From Kineococcus radiotolerans SRS30216 = ATCC BAA-149 (GTDB taxonomy: Bacteria; Actinomycetota; Actinomycetes; Actinomycetales; Kineococcaceae): a DNA stretch of 32,000 bases. Position numbers and translations under genes: made by a program. The notes under the pieces were generated by a model that was not told the DNA's origin, did not search any database, and saw only the letters and a list, made by a program, of their open reading frames with translations. Position 1 is the stretch's first letter. Each line of letters opens with the position of its first letter. This document shows, in pieces, positions 31,700-32,000 of this stretch. The stretch is taken from the NCBI RefSeq assembly GCF_000017305.1, contig NC_009664.2:3090001-3122000 (forward strand), given 5' to 3'.

Positions 31700-32000
31700 A
31701 TGCCCGCCTCGACCTCGGCCCCCGCCAGCACCGTCCGCGAGCTCGTCCGAGCCGCTGTCGCCGACCGCGACCCGCAGTGGGGTGACGGCCTGCCGGACGC
31801 CCTGCGCGGGGGCAGCGCCCCCGAGCGCCTGCTGCTCGACTACTTCGCGCACACGGCGGTGGAGGACCTCGCCGACCACGACCCCGCCGAGCTCGCCACG
31901 GCCGTCGTCTCCCACGTCCGCAGCGGCCTGCGGCGGGCACCGGGCACGACCCTGGTCCGGGTCGTCGACGGCGTGGACTCCGGTGCGGGCGCGGGCCGCT
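31700..32000 (+). CDS. NAD-specific glutamate dehydrogenase (large GdhB type), N-terminal fragment running off the window
   Basis: ATG 31700 follows GGAG (31691-31694). There is no stop before the window end, so it is absent from the track. High third-position GC. LLLDYFAHTAVEDLADHDPAELATAVVSHVRSGLRRAPGTTLVRVV matches the pattern YY-HTAPEDLADRDPVD...SH...RPQGTANVRV recalled from streptomycete large NAD-GDH N-termini. Confidence 0.7.
   Translation, partial: MPASTSAPASTVRELVRAAVADRDPQWGDGLPDALRGGSAPERLLLDYFAHTAVEDLADHDPAELATAVVSHVRSGLRRAPGTTLVRVVDGVDSGAGAGR

Overview
High-GC (roughly 73-74% by eye) actinobacterial chromosomal core region. My guess is a Kineococcus-like actinomycete, based on the 16S sequence and on synteny recalled from memory; this is unverified.

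Gene order:
- Minus strand: a translationally coupled MoxR-ATPase module (polytopic membrane protein > DUF4129-like > DUF4350-like > MoxR) that runs off the left edge.
- Plus strand: the classic actinobacterial block mtrA-mtrB-lpqB-comF-like-hpf, then an orphan NarL-type response regulator coupled to a YcaQ-like winged-helix protein, a GAF-GGDEF-EAL protein, and secA.
- Next: an Rv3235-family gene and a LysM gene (minus), a conserved hypothetical (plus), a small excisionase-type HTH gene (minus), and a SAF/CpaB-like plus TadZ/Ssd-like ATPase pair (plus).
- A complete rrn operon (16S-23S-5S, plus) starts 467 nt after the TadZ-like gene.
- After the 5S hairpin: an unusual repeat protein (Arg/Asp/Gly-rich 32-aa tandem repeats, a TPR-like core, and a perfect (ESDDD)n tail), a conserved acidic hypothetical, a minus-strand DUF2505 operon with two small upstream ORFs (one absent from the ORF track), and the 5' end of a large NAD-glutamate dehydrogenase gene running off the right edge.

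I saw no tRNA, CRISPR array, transposase, integrase or obvious horizontally acquired island. Most long ORFs in the track are alternate-frame artefacts of the high GC content.

I do not see a clear-cut novel multi-gene system such as a defence or biosynthetic cluster. The items most worth a second look are:
- the rrn-adjacent repeat protein and its two hyper-regular DNA repeats;
- the SAF/TadZ-like pair, which has lost or never had its Tad ATPase and platform genes and abuts the rrn operon;
- a recurring TAnnnT-N6-start (leaderless) architecture, including a candidate leaderless uORF upstream of hpf;
- the uncharacterised MoxR module, divergent from mtrAB.

All family assignments come from motif recognition by eye and need HMM or BLAST confirmation.
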